A DNA stretch of 64,000 nt, taken from the NCBI GenBank assembly GCA_030295235.1, contig AP026152.1, positions 248,001 to 312,000 on the forward strand, given 5' to 3'. This document shows positions 12,101-23,612 of this stretch, piece by piece (positions within the stretch are counted from its first letter, which is position 1; every line of letters starts with the position of its first letter). The position numbers and the translations under genes are program-made. Source of the DNA: Fistulifera solaris (lineage: Eukaryota). The notes under the pieces were generated by a model. That model was given only the letters and a program-made list of their open reading frames with translations, was not told the DNA's origin and did no database searches.

Positions 12101-13184
12101 TGCTCAGGAATCTGTTGTTGCTGCACTCTCTGCTGATGACTTTGTGCGGCTACTTGCATCTCTTTTGCTGCCTTCGCTGAAGAATTTTCATACTGTTTGT
12201 TACCTTCTGTTGATTGGCTTCCAGCCGCTGCTGATACAGTCCCTGAAGCTTTTGAAGATCGCGCTTTTCTTCTTGCTGGACGCGTTGGATGTATTTATTG
12301 ATATTACGATCGGCTTGCTGCTTCTTTTCCTCCATTTGCTCTGACATTATACGTTCGATCGACGCACGACCTTCGCGATCCTGTTGTTCGATCTTTTTCA
12401 GCTCGACGCGAATCTCATTTTCTTTCCGTTGTTGCAAGAACTTTTGGTACGCCTCCGACTGCTCTTCGTGCGTCTCGTCGTAAAACTCCATGAAGGTTTC
12501 GTCGTCATGATAGTTGTAGTCGTCCTTTTGATCCCACCATATCTCGTTGGTTCGATGTTGCAAGAGCTGTGTGGAAGAATCATTCTTGATTTCTTTGTCT
12601 TCGTCCTCCGCGGATACAGTATGCAGCAGTTTTATCGATATTTTGGTCTCTGGCTTGGATAGAGCACTTACTCTCATCTTCTTCTTGAGAGGTCTTCGAG
12701 GCACAAATTCATCAAAGGCATCGACCAGGTCTTCTTGATTTGCCGTAACACGACGACGAGTCTTTTTCTGAGCGGGGACTATTGTTTCCGATGTCGTTTC
12801 AGGTTTGTTTTCTGGTACAATTAGTTCTTTTTCTTGATCCATTGCAAAGTTACCGTCCTGTTCTGCGGGAAGACTTTCTACTGGCTCTGTTTGATCCGTG
12901 CTATTCTTAGTGTTGAACTCGTTGGCTGTCATATCGCTTGGATTGTCTATGACAGCGCTGGGAGTATTTTCTGCCTCGGCGGTTCGGTGTTCCTCCGAAA
13001 CGTCTCTTTTCTCGTTGAAAGTGCTTTCTACGGTTTCCGAAGAGTCCAAAGCTTCCGGCGCGGCCGCTCCCTCCATTGACTCTTGTTGCAAAACGTCTGC
13101 ATGGGGATGTTCCGATGAATTCGGTTGCGGCGGGGGAGGCATTGGGTCTCCTTGTTCCGCCGGTGCATTTGCTGTTTCTTCCAT
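9198..13184 (-). CDS. Large uncharacterised coiled-coil protein with a Gln/Pro-rich C-terminus (multi-exon, several frameshifts)
   Basis: Five consecutive minus-strand ORFs can be joined by probable introns (~11010-11069, ~9948-10024) and single-base shifts (~12163, ~10790, ~9610). No recognisable domain. Confidence 0.6.
9444..9482. repeat. CAG/CAA trinucleotide tract encoding polyGln
   Basis: (TTG/CTG)n on the + strand; Q run in ORF 9198..9554. Confidence 0.85.
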
Positions 13185-13684
13185 TTTCGCTTTCGAGCTT
13201 ATTCCGATGATCTCGAAAGTGTTGGAAAGATAGACAGAGTAGTTTCAATGGAAAGATACCTGGTACTTGTACCTGTATTGTCAAGGATTTGTTTGCGCGT
13301 AATGAGAGGGGCAATACAGCCGCGGTAGGATGCAGGATGCAGGGCGGTACGAGTTTTTGGGTTTACATGATTGAAACACGATGAGAGTCAATGTGTGTTT
13401 TGGTGAAGGATTTATTAGCATTTACTCCGGAGTAGCTCTCGTCCGGTGTACCGGTACGATAGTTGTGACCCTTTTAAAACTTCTTGCAACGACAACAACC
13501 AACAACGAGAGCTGAGAATAAACACTCATTATGATGACAAGTGCTAGTTCTTTTGCTCCTTTCCATCCTCTTCATCCACAAATTCGCCTTCTTTATCATT
13601 TTAATGCTCATATGGCGGAAGAAATTAGTTCAAAGGTTCGTCTTTTCTGAATTTTGTTTTCGTCTATCCAACAAACGAGCCATC

Positions 13685-14846
13685 ATGTCGGAAGGATGTT
13701 CGAAAATCGAAGATATGTGCCTCTTTTGGGATGCACCTACCGCTGATTGCGATTCTATAATTAATATCAGTCTACGTCCTTTGCACTCGTCCGGCTTAAA
13801 AAACGTACCAGCTGCTTCCATACCATCTTCCTTACCAAAAGAAAGCAAGCCCGCAACAATCAACGACACACCAGAGTCTGTGCTGCAATTTGAACGAGCT
13901 CTCCGCAAAGCGGAACATGCCAAAAAGGCAGGGAAAGATCTGAGTACGAATGATCTCAAAGTCGTTTACAAAGATGACCATATCGTCGTGGTGGTAAGAA
14001 AAAATAGAGCAGCTTTGCTTAGTATTAGTCGCGCTATTTCTCATTCTTTTCTCGGTCCTTTGTTAAAAGAACAAACCACCTGGTGTGCTCACTGTACCGG
14101 GATTGCATTCACGGGCAAGTATTCTAACGTTAATTCATGACATGTTCGGAAACTCTGATACATCTATGGATCGGATGATTGTACATCGCTTAGACATGGA
14201 TACCAGTGGACTGGTTCTGTTTGGACTGAACGCACAAATTACGAAAACCTTGCACGCCCAATTCCGTGATCGCATCGTTGAGAAAGAATACGAGTGCCTG
14301 GTCGTGGGCCATTTCCCCGCCGGTGAGTATTTACTGGATTTACCGTTACAGCGGGATCATCAGCACCCTCCGTTCATGCGCGTTTCGACTCCCGCTTCGG
14401 AGCAAGACGCCGGCGCTGTTCTTCGTGAGTTACAGGCCCATTCGGAGAAGCGCAAAAACTGGAAACATCCGCAACCCAAACCCAGTCGAACCCGAATACG
14501 TGTCGTCGAACACGGATTGTTTCGCGACAAATTACCTTATACACGATTATGTTTGGAGCCCATAACAGGACGGACACACCAATTGCGCGTTCATTGTGCT
14601 GCGTTGGGATTTCCGATCGTGGGCGATCCCACGTACGGATTGTACGGTGAAGCCGCACCCGGTGGGGGGATCGAATCCCTTCCAGTGTTGAACGGTCCCG
14701 AACGACCGGATGTCGCCTTACAGCAGGAATTTCTGAAAGAATACCGCCCGAATGACAATCCGATGTGTCTGCATGCAGCTTTCTTGCAAATCCAACACCC
14801 GATCACCGGTGAAACTATATCCTGGAATGTGCCTCCTGATTTCTAA
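13685..14846 (+). CDS. RluA-family pseudouridine synthase; intron 13994-14069
   Basis: VVYKDDHIVVV|NKPPGVLTVP across the intron, catalytic VHRLDMDTSG, TGRTHQLRVH, PIVGDPTYG, CLHA. Start codon uncertain. Confidence 0.9.
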
Positions 14847-15052
14847 ATAGAATAAATGAACTGTGTTTGGAAAAGGTAAAGGAATTTCTCACCTCATCAT
14901 TTGGTTGCTTGATTAGGCTACCTGTAATACTTTGTTCAAGCTATTTAACAAATAAATAATGTAGTCTAAGCTATTTTGAAATTCACGGCTTTGCATAGCT
15001 TTAGTCGTCGTGATCAACTGTGGACCCAATTATTCATCAGTCTTGGAGCATG

Positions 15053-15230
15053 TGACGCGTCATTGTTGTTTCGCTCGGAAACGAATGAACTTGCACGTGG
15101 GCTGACGTCAATCTTCTCCTTCGCTTTTTTGGGTACAATGTACAGTACTCTCATGCAAATACAACCTTGAAGGACTGACGTCATACCCGAAAGTTCAATA
15201 TAGTGCTACATAATACGTGGACTGATGTCA
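15053..15230. promoter_or_regulatory. Cluster of bZIP-type (CRE/G-box) sites upstream of CPS
   Basis: TGACGTCA at 15103-15110 and 15176-15183, CACGTG at 15094-15099, TGACGCGTCA at 15053-15062, TGATGTCA at 15223-15230. Confidence 0.45.
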
Positions 15231-15586
15231 TCTTGGATGTGCAAGTGCATTGTTGTACTGACGAAGAAGGATCTGTCTCGTATATGTTGTTCTACAGTAT
15301 CATTAAAACCGTGTGACACGTTTTAGACACTTATATATTTGTCTCATTTCTAAAGCCCATAACCTGATGAGACGAGAACGGAATCACAAGCCAAGAGATT
15401 TCCTCGTCCCATCCCAAATCCCAGAACGAATCCACGACCTTTTTCGACAAGAACACAAGTGCCACAAGTCGCATCATTTGCATGCGTGTTGGCCATCGGC
15501 AATTCTTTTGCTGTTTGTTGTCAGTTTACTTTGTCTTGCACAAAGCCTACCAGGTTCACTCTTTCAGTAAAATCACAAGACTCAAC

Positions 15587-18500
15587 ATGTCGAAAGACCC
15601 TATTGATGTCTTTGACAAGCAGGTACGTTTCGAAAGATTCGTCGTCTTGTCGAGTCGTCGTCGTCGTCGTCGTATCCTCATCTTCTCTTTCTAGGGCGAT
15701 CCTGCTGTCCTCTACCTTGCTGATGGTTCAGCTCCTATTCAAGGAAAGTCTTTCGGAGCTGCTGTTGACATTTCGGGTGAAGTTGTGTTCAACACCGGCA
15801 TGGTCGGTTATCCAGAGGCCCTGACGGATCCGTCGTACCGAGGGCAGATTTTGGTGTTGACCTATCCTTTAGTGGGAAACTACGGTGTTCCAGACTTTTC
15901 CGTCAAGGATAATCACGGTCTCCCGAAGTATTTTGAGTCGTCGGAGATTCACATTTCCGGTCTAATTGTGAGTGAATACTCTTTCGAGCATTCTCACTGG
16001 GCCGCTTTCAAAAGTTTGTCGGATTGGTTGGTCGAGAACAATATTCCGGCGTTGTATGGTGTGGATACTCGTGCTCTCACGAAGAAACTTCGTGAGCACG
16101 GATCGATGTTGGGTCGAATCGCTGTGGTAAGTTGGAAATCGCGCACAAATGGAACAGTTCGATAGGTTGCATCACTCAATAACGTTCTTCGACAAAGAAT
16201 CCGGCCGTCATCGAAGATTCCATCGACCTTTCGTTATTTGCGGATCCCAACAAGCGTAACTTGGTGGCGGAAGTGTCCACGAAGGAGATTGTCGTCTACA
16301 ACAAAGGTGCTACTCCTCGGATTATTGCGTACGATTGCGGCATGAAATACAACATCATTCGATACCTTGCCGAGACTCACAAAGTCCAACTAACGGTCGT
16401 TCCATTCAACTATAATTTGGAAGAGAACCCCGCCAAGATTGAATGGGACGGTCTCTTCCTTTCCAACGGACCTGGAGATCCAACCATGTGCCCCGAAACG
16501 ATCGCATCGATTCAGTATGCTCTCGCCCTCGAGGACCCCAAGCCCATTTTCGGTATTTGTTTGGGCAATCAGTTGTTGGCTTTAGCTGCCGGTGCGAAGA
16601 CGTACAAAATGAAGTACGGTAATCGTGGTATGAACCAGCCAGCGATCGACTTGCGCACGGGTCGGTGCTACATCACTCCCCAAAACCACGGTTTCGCCGT
16701 CGACACCGCTTCTCTGCCTGAGTTTTGGAAGCCTCTCTTCTTGAACGCGAATGACTTGACGAACGAAGGTATTGTGCATACAAGCAAGCCGTTTTTAGTG
16801 TTCAGTTCCACCCTGAAGCTAGCGGTGGACCCACCGATACGGGTTTCCTCTTTGAAAAGTTCGTTGGTCATGTCCGTAAGATTCCGCAACCCCTTGTTTT
16901 GCAGGACGGACTGAATTTCGAGCGCAAAAACTACAAGAAAGTCCTACTTGTCGGAAGTGGAGGTCTCAGCATCGGACAGGCTGGTGAATTCGACTACTCT
17001 GGAAGTCAGTGCATCAAGGCGTTGAAAGAAGAGGGAATCGAAGTCATTTTGATCAACCCCAACATTGCCACTGTTCAGACTTCTCAAGAGAAAGAAGACA
17101 AGCAAAGTCGCGCCGCAGATCGCGTTTACTTTCTGCCAATCCAACCAGACGTTGTCATGGATATCATTCATAAAGAGCGCCCCGACGGAATCATTGTTTC
17201 GATGGGAGGCCAAACCGCATTGAACGTGGGTATTGAGCTCTGGCGTCGAGGAGAGCTGCAGAAGGCCGGAGTCGAAGTTCTTGGCACTCAAATTCCTGTA
17301 ATTGAAGCGACCGAGGATCGTGAGATCTTCAGTGAGAAGCTCAAAGAAATTGGCGAAACTATTGCCCTATCCTACAGCGCCACAACTATTGATGAAGCTC
17401 TCGAAGCCGCGAATAAAATTGGCTACCCGGTTCTCATCAGGGCTGCTTATGCCCTCGGTGGTCTTGGTTCTGGCTTTGCGGCCGACGACGCTGAGCTCAG
17501 AGATATGGCGGCCAAGGCTTTCACAACCAGTAGTCAGATTCTGATTGATCAAGATTTGCGAGGTTGGAAAGAGCTTGAGTACGAGGTCGTCCGTGACGCC
17601 AGCGACAACTGCATTACTGTGTGCAACATGGAGAACTTTGATCCTCTCGGTATCCACACGGGAGATTCTATCGTTGTGGCGCCCTCGCAAACACTCACGA
17701 ATAGCGAGTACTTTATGTTGCGTCGTACGGCCATCAAGGTTGTCCGACATCTCGGAATTGTCGGAGAGTGCAACATCCAATACGCCCTTCATCCTGAAAG
17801 CGAGAGATATTGTATTATTGAAGTCAACGCACGTCTTTCGCGCTCGTCTGCTCTTGCCTCAAAAGCCACGGGCTACCCCTTGGCCTACGTCGCTACTAAG
17901 ATTTCTCTCGGCAAAGATCTTGTATCGATTCGAAACTCGGTGACCAAGACCACCACTGCCTGCTTTGAACCGAGTTTGGACTATTGTGTTGTGAAGATGC
18001 CTCGATGGGATTTGAAGAAGTTTTCCCGAGTGAGCAACAAGTTGGGGTCGTCGATGTTGAGTGTCGGCGAAGTGATGGCTATTGGACGCACTTTTGAAGA
18101 GGTCATTCAAAAGGCATGTCGTATGGTGAATCCTTCCCTGGATGGTTTAGAGGGTACTGATTCGAACATGATCGACAGCTCCGCTGATTTAGAGGCGAGT
18201 CTCAAGACACCAACGGATACGAGATTATTTGCGGTGCAGAAGGCTCTAGAAGATGGATGGTCTGTTGACAGGGTGCATGATCTAACCAAGATTGATCGAT
18301 GGTTCTTGAACAAATTGCTTAACATTGCACGCATGCGAAATGCTGTCAAGCAAATCGGTAGCCTTCCGGCGCTTGTCGCAACAAACGGAGCCGAGCGCCT
18401 TCGGGCACTCAAGATAGCTGGCTTCAGCGATAGACAGGTACGTCCATGATAGTCTCGTTCCCATTTGTTTGACGACCAGAGAACTTACACTTCCTTCAAT

Positions 18501-20390
18501 CCATAGATTGCTCGATATGTCGGGGAAGCTGCCGGTATCGAAGGAGAGTCTCGAGTGCGAGAAGAGAGAAAGAATTTCGGGGTCCTTCCTGTCGTCAAAC
18601 AAATTGATACGCTTGCAGCTGAATTCCCAGCCCAGACGAACTACTTGTACGTGACCTATTCAGGTGATACGGACGACATCCCTGAGTCCACATACTCTTC
18701 CGAAGCTCGTTCAAAAGCATCCGGATCGTATCATCGCCGCGCTCGATCCTACTCCAACGCAGAGGCATCGAGATCTTTGACTGAGGCGAAAGACCGTGGT
18801 GTTGTTGTTCTCGGTTGCGGCGCATACTGCATTGGCTCGAGCGTTGAATTTGATTGGTGCGCCGTGTCTTGTGTCCGACAGCTTCGAAGCGAAGGTTTCA
18901 AGAGCATCATTATCAACTACAACCCCGAGACGGTGAGCACAGACTACGATGAGAGTGACCGCCTGTATTTCGAGGAATTGAGCACGGAACGTGTCATTGA
19001 TATTTACGAACGTGAAGCCGCTTCTGGTGTCGTCGTATCAGTTGGTGGGCAGATCCCGAATAACCTTGCCGGTCCTTTGGCATATTCTGGTGTCAACATT
19101 CTCGGAACGAGTGCTGTCGATATCGAACGCGCCGAAGATAGAAAGCAATTCTCTGCCATGCTTGACTCCATTGGAATCAGACAACCGGAGTGGTCTGTGC
19201 TTTCGTCGACAGAAGAAGCAATCGCGTTCGCCCAGAAGGTCAAATTTCCCGTTTTGGTACGACCCAGTTTCGTCTTATCTGGTGCTGCGATGCGTGTGGC
19301 AGCAGATGAGACACAGTTGCGCAACTTTCTTGCCTTGGCCACTGAAGTCGGTAACGACAAGCCTGTGGTCGTTACGAAGTTCGTCGTCAACGCCAAGGAA
19401 ATTGAGTTTGATGCTGTTGCCAATCAGGGACACATTCTGAACTATGCCATCGGCGAGCATTTGGAGAACGCGGGTGTACACAGTGGTGACGCTACAGTGA
19501 TTTTGCCGGCTCAAAAGCTTTATGTGAGCACGATCCGTCAAGTGAAGAAGTACGCTAGTGCAATTGCCAAAGCCTTGCGCATCACAGGTCCTTTCAACAT
19601 TCAGTTCATGGCCAAGGGCAACGAAGTCCAGGTTATCGAATGCAACCTTCGCGCGAGTCGAACTTTCCCTTTCGTGAGCAAGACCTTGAATCACAACTTC
19701 ATCTCTCTTGCCACTCGAGCCATGGTTGGTGTCAAAGCCCCTCCGTACAAGATCTCTTTGTTGGACATTGAGTACGTCTGTGTGAAGGCGCCCATGTTCT
19801 CATTCACTCGTCTCCGAGGAGCAGACCCAACGCTCGGTGTTGAGATGGCTTCAACTGGAGAGGTTGCATGCTTTGGTGAAGATGTACACGAAGCTCTGTT
19901 GCAATCGATGCTTTCCACTAATTTCAAGTTGCCCAAGAATCGCACAATTCTTTTGTCGATCGCAAGTGAAGAGTTCCGCCACGAATTTGCCGAGTCTGCC
20001 GTCATTCTCGCAGGTTTGGGTTACAAGTTGTATGGTACACCAGGAACTGCTAAATACTACCAAGATGTGAAGGGACTCTCGATTATTTCCGTTCTGAAGT
20101 CTGAAACTGAATCCGACGATGGACCTGGAACTGCAGTAAACGAGATCAAGCAAGGAAACATTGATTTGGTGATCAACCTTAGCGAAGGGTCGACCCGTCG
20201 TGAGGAGGTGACATGTGGATACATCATCCGTCGCGCTGCTGTTGACTTTGGGGTTTCTTTGATCACCGATGTCAAATGTGCCATCGCGTTGACCGAGTGC
20301 TTCGAACGCGGAATGGATGTGGAGAGACCTGCTCCTCAGCACATCGGAGAGTTCTACCAAATCCCTACGATTGGATGGTCGAATAATTAA
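15587..20390 (+). CDS. Glutamine-dependent carbamoyl-phosphate synthetase (fused small and large subunits, no DHOase/ATCase); introns 15623-15694, 16127-16197, 18438-18506; frameshift near 16792-16796
   Basis: [34 protein letters not shown] (catalytic Cys), SVQFHPE in the shifted frame, [33 protein letters not shown] and a C-terminal MGS-like domain. No obvious transit peptide, so probably the cytosolic pyrimidine-type enzyme. Confidence 0.95.
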
Positions 20391-20733
20391 TATCTATACT
20401 ACAAACGTTACTAGTGAAAAGAAGTGATCAAGAAAATTTTTGTTAGTCGGCTACGTTTCATCATAAATCCTAGCTAAACAGAGGAATAATAGATTTTGAT
20501 GTTTTGAACCCAACTATTTCTCTTTCCTAGGCATTCTATTTACGGTAGCGAAAAAACACGTTAAAGTCTCTCGTCTTGGCGTGCTAGTTCAGCTACATTT
20601 TCTAAGGTAGGCCAGAAAAAATAATAAGCATGTAATAAGCATCGATACAAAACAAACTACAAAAGAAATCGGACAAAGAAGTACCAAGTTGTTGATTAAC
20701 TGGTTGTCTTTATGTAACAAACTAGACAGCAAA

Positions 20734-21077
20734 TTACTTTCCTGCTTGTTGGATGTTTGCTACGGGAAGTTTAGGCCCCTGCTTTCCTGCTTCCCATACT
20801 GCAGCGTTGTAACCGTAAGCTTCTTGAGCCATAGCTCGCGTCTTGGCTGGCTCCTTCAACACCGATCGCATCGTTCCTGCCGCCTTGTTGATGTACTGCC
20901 AATTACGAGAGTGAGACGAAGAGTCCTTTGATCACAATTTTCGTTTACAACGATCAATAGAAACAAGGAAACGAAGCGAAGGAAATTACCCCTTGCGTTG
21001 TAACTCCCTAACCTTCTTACCTGAAGATACGACATGCCGGCAACACGCCAAAAAGTGGTCACTGGAGTTGAGCTCAT
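20734..21077 (-). CDS. ATP5F1E: Mitochondrial F1 ATP synthase epsilon subunit (72 aa); intron 20896-21020
   Basis: Spliced product MSSTPVTTFWRVAGMSYLQ|YINKAAGTMRSVLKEPAKTRAMAQEAYGYNAAVWEAGKQGPKLPVANIQQAGK matches the WR.AG+SY..Y.N.AA..+R..LK signature. GTAAG donor and CAG acceptor. Confidence 0.92.
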
Positions 21078-21598
21078 AGTGAAGAAGTTTCTTTAGTACT
21101 GAAAGAAAGGTTTACAAGAAGATAAGTAACAGCGACGAGGTTGATTTTTGTTACACTTTTATCGCTCTGCACGGTGTCGGCGGCGCTGTTCGCCATCGTC
21201 GCGCATCGTTGTCGGCGGTCCGCAAAATGGAGGCGCGTGCTTGCGTCATCAAACGCTGGCACTGTACACTTTCGCAGTACACTAAAAATGTATTTGGGTG
21301 ACTGACAGACGCACATGACGAGTGACTAGTGACTAAAGTGACTAGACTCCGGTGAAACTAATACAGAGTAAATAAGTTTTATTAAAATTAAAAATAAATA
21401 ACTCTGATGTTAAATTTTAAGTCCGTATGAAATACTTCTAAAAAAGCCAATAGAGTTTTGAAACTTTTGTAGGTAAAGAATCGCTGCTTTCATGACAGAA
21501 AAGTTGCATTTGGGAAGCAAAGGATACAGGGCTTTAAAAACTCTCTTTAACCGTGTTATTTCCTTGTCTTTAACTGGTGCAATGTTTGCCGTGTCTGA

Positions 21599-23282
21599 TC
21601 ATTTCTCAACCTTTTTAAAGTGGTGAAGTATACTGTTCCTACTAACCGATTTTTGACGCTTGTTGGTAGAAACAACATTCTGAACTCTGTTTACAGTCTG
21701 AAATGATGTCGTTTCTGTAGTTGTACTGACCACCCCAGCTCTAAAAAAAGGAAGCGATGGTTTGTTGCTTTTTGTGAGGTTGAGCTTTCCGTGTTGCAAT
21801 GTCTTGCTCTTGGAGGACGAGAGGCGTCTTGTCCGGCGACGATAAAAGCACCTCGTCCCGCTCAAGTAGCAATGATATTGCAATATGATCCGAAAATGAA
21901 GGAGGTGTGTAAACCATTCCCGTGTGGGGTGAGCCGAACTGCGTGTCAAGGACTCTTTGTGAAACGTCCGTGATTCCTCCTCCTTCAAACGAAACAGGCT
22001 CAAATTTGCCGTCAGCTGTTGCAGCTTTTAAAGCCGCGTTTTCACTCAAAGGGTCAACGGTGGCGGGATCTCCATAGGATCGAAGCGAAGAAACGTCTCC
22101 CTTAGCTACAAAATCCAACAACGGCTTGTCAATCAGCGTGTAATCGATCCGGATACCACTGTTGACATATCGTTGGTTCGTAAACTGATCCCAGCACGTG
22201 AAGCGAGCTTCCGCAGTGGGATAGAAATGCCTCATGGGATCCACCATCCCGTCTTCTTCGAGAAGAGTATTGAGCCACCGCCGAGAAGGAGAAACATGCG
22301 ACACGTCACCATCATCCATGGCAATTTGCCTCTGGAGCTCCTCGTTCCACTGAATCGAAACAATTTTTGCCATTAACTCGGTAAGTATACCAACTGACAC
22401 GGCATTTGCTTCTTTTGCGATTATGAATTCACCTGTAGTTGGATCTTGGTACGATTGCTCCTCTAAGTTATAGTCATGATGACAGTGCTCTGCCGTCAGT
22501 TCATGTTTTCCTAGATACACTTGACTTCCATCCGGTAACTGCACAGCCAAACGATATTTTTCAAATTGCTGCTTTGTAAGGGTATTTGTTGTTTTCGTCG
22601 GAATCGCCTTTGCTGTAGAAAGAACGGAACGTATTGTAGCCCAATGTCGTGCTACGTCTCGTTTCCAATCCGGAACGGGCACCCCCGATTCGACTTCTTG
22701 TTGGATCACATTGACCCTCACAATCCGCTGTTTCCACGGAATATCGAGTTTCGTGTGCGAAATATTCAAATCCCCGACGAGCATTTGTGGTTTCTTCGTA
22801 TTATTCCGTTTCTGTTGCATGGCTCGTCGCAGCGCGTGCAAAAATTCCATTTTCACCACATGCCCATTCCCTGACGCCGGAACGTAGACATTCCAGAGAC
22901 AAAATCCTCCATGATCCGTCACGACACATCGTCCTTGACGATCCAAGTGTTCCACACCCAGCGGAGCCGCATCGGCGGTTCGCACGGTCCCTCGTTTCGC
23001 GTACGTGACCACGCCATTGAGTCCTTTCTTCTTCGAATCGACACAGCACGACCAGAAGGATTCATATCCGGAGGCATGAGAGCACCGATTGGGTTCGGAT
23101 CGATTGGAGAGTTGTTCCTTGGGGATTTTGTGTTCTTGGAGACAAACGATATCGGCGCCGTGTCGTTCGAAAAAGACGCCGAGTGGGCATTTGTTCTCTT
23201 TCTTTTCGCGGAGTGGATAGAATTCGTGGATGCGATTGACGGTTGTGCTCAGGCCGGCTACATTCCAGCTGAGAATGAGCAT
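21599..23282 (-). CDS. APEX2: ExoIII/Xth-family AP endonuclease, APE2-like; probable frameshift at A7 run 21743-21749
   Basis: ILSWNVAGL, DIVCLQEHK, NVYVP, GDLNISH, FTCW, GIRIDY, SDHIAI, plus PIP box QQTIASFF. Confidence 0.8.
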
Positions 23283-23612
23283 TGTTGTAAGAAAAGGCAA
23301 AGGTTTATGCGGAGTAGTGACAATGATGTTTTGAGTTTTCAGGTTCTGCTGTGATGCAACAGGTCAACATGCGTGCAATGGGTGAAAGAAATGAAATGGA
23401 CACGTATTAAGTAAAGAAAATCCTAAAGACACTCCGGTACCAACCTTCCCGGTTTGTTTGATGATTTTTTGACGGTTGACGCAAGGTCGAACAGGGAAAT
23501 GCAGTGATCCTCCGTGATTTTATTTATTTTTTCTCTTTGCAAATAAATGCGACCATGATCATTGATACATTTTACGTTAGATAGGCGCCCTCTCTTTCAA
23601 TACAAGTACGAC

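Noticed and set aside
16785..16800. Programmed ribosomal frameshift between CPS small and large parts (and in other genes)
   Set aside because: The shift falls inside the conserved [10 protein letters not shown] motif at a T run, and similar indels of both signs occur throughout the window; assembly error is more parsimonious.
15587..20390. Mitochondrial urea-cycle CPS or a CAD multienzyme
   Set aside because: The N-terminus is short and acidic with no presequence, and the ORF stops after the MGS-like domain with no DHOase/ATCase.
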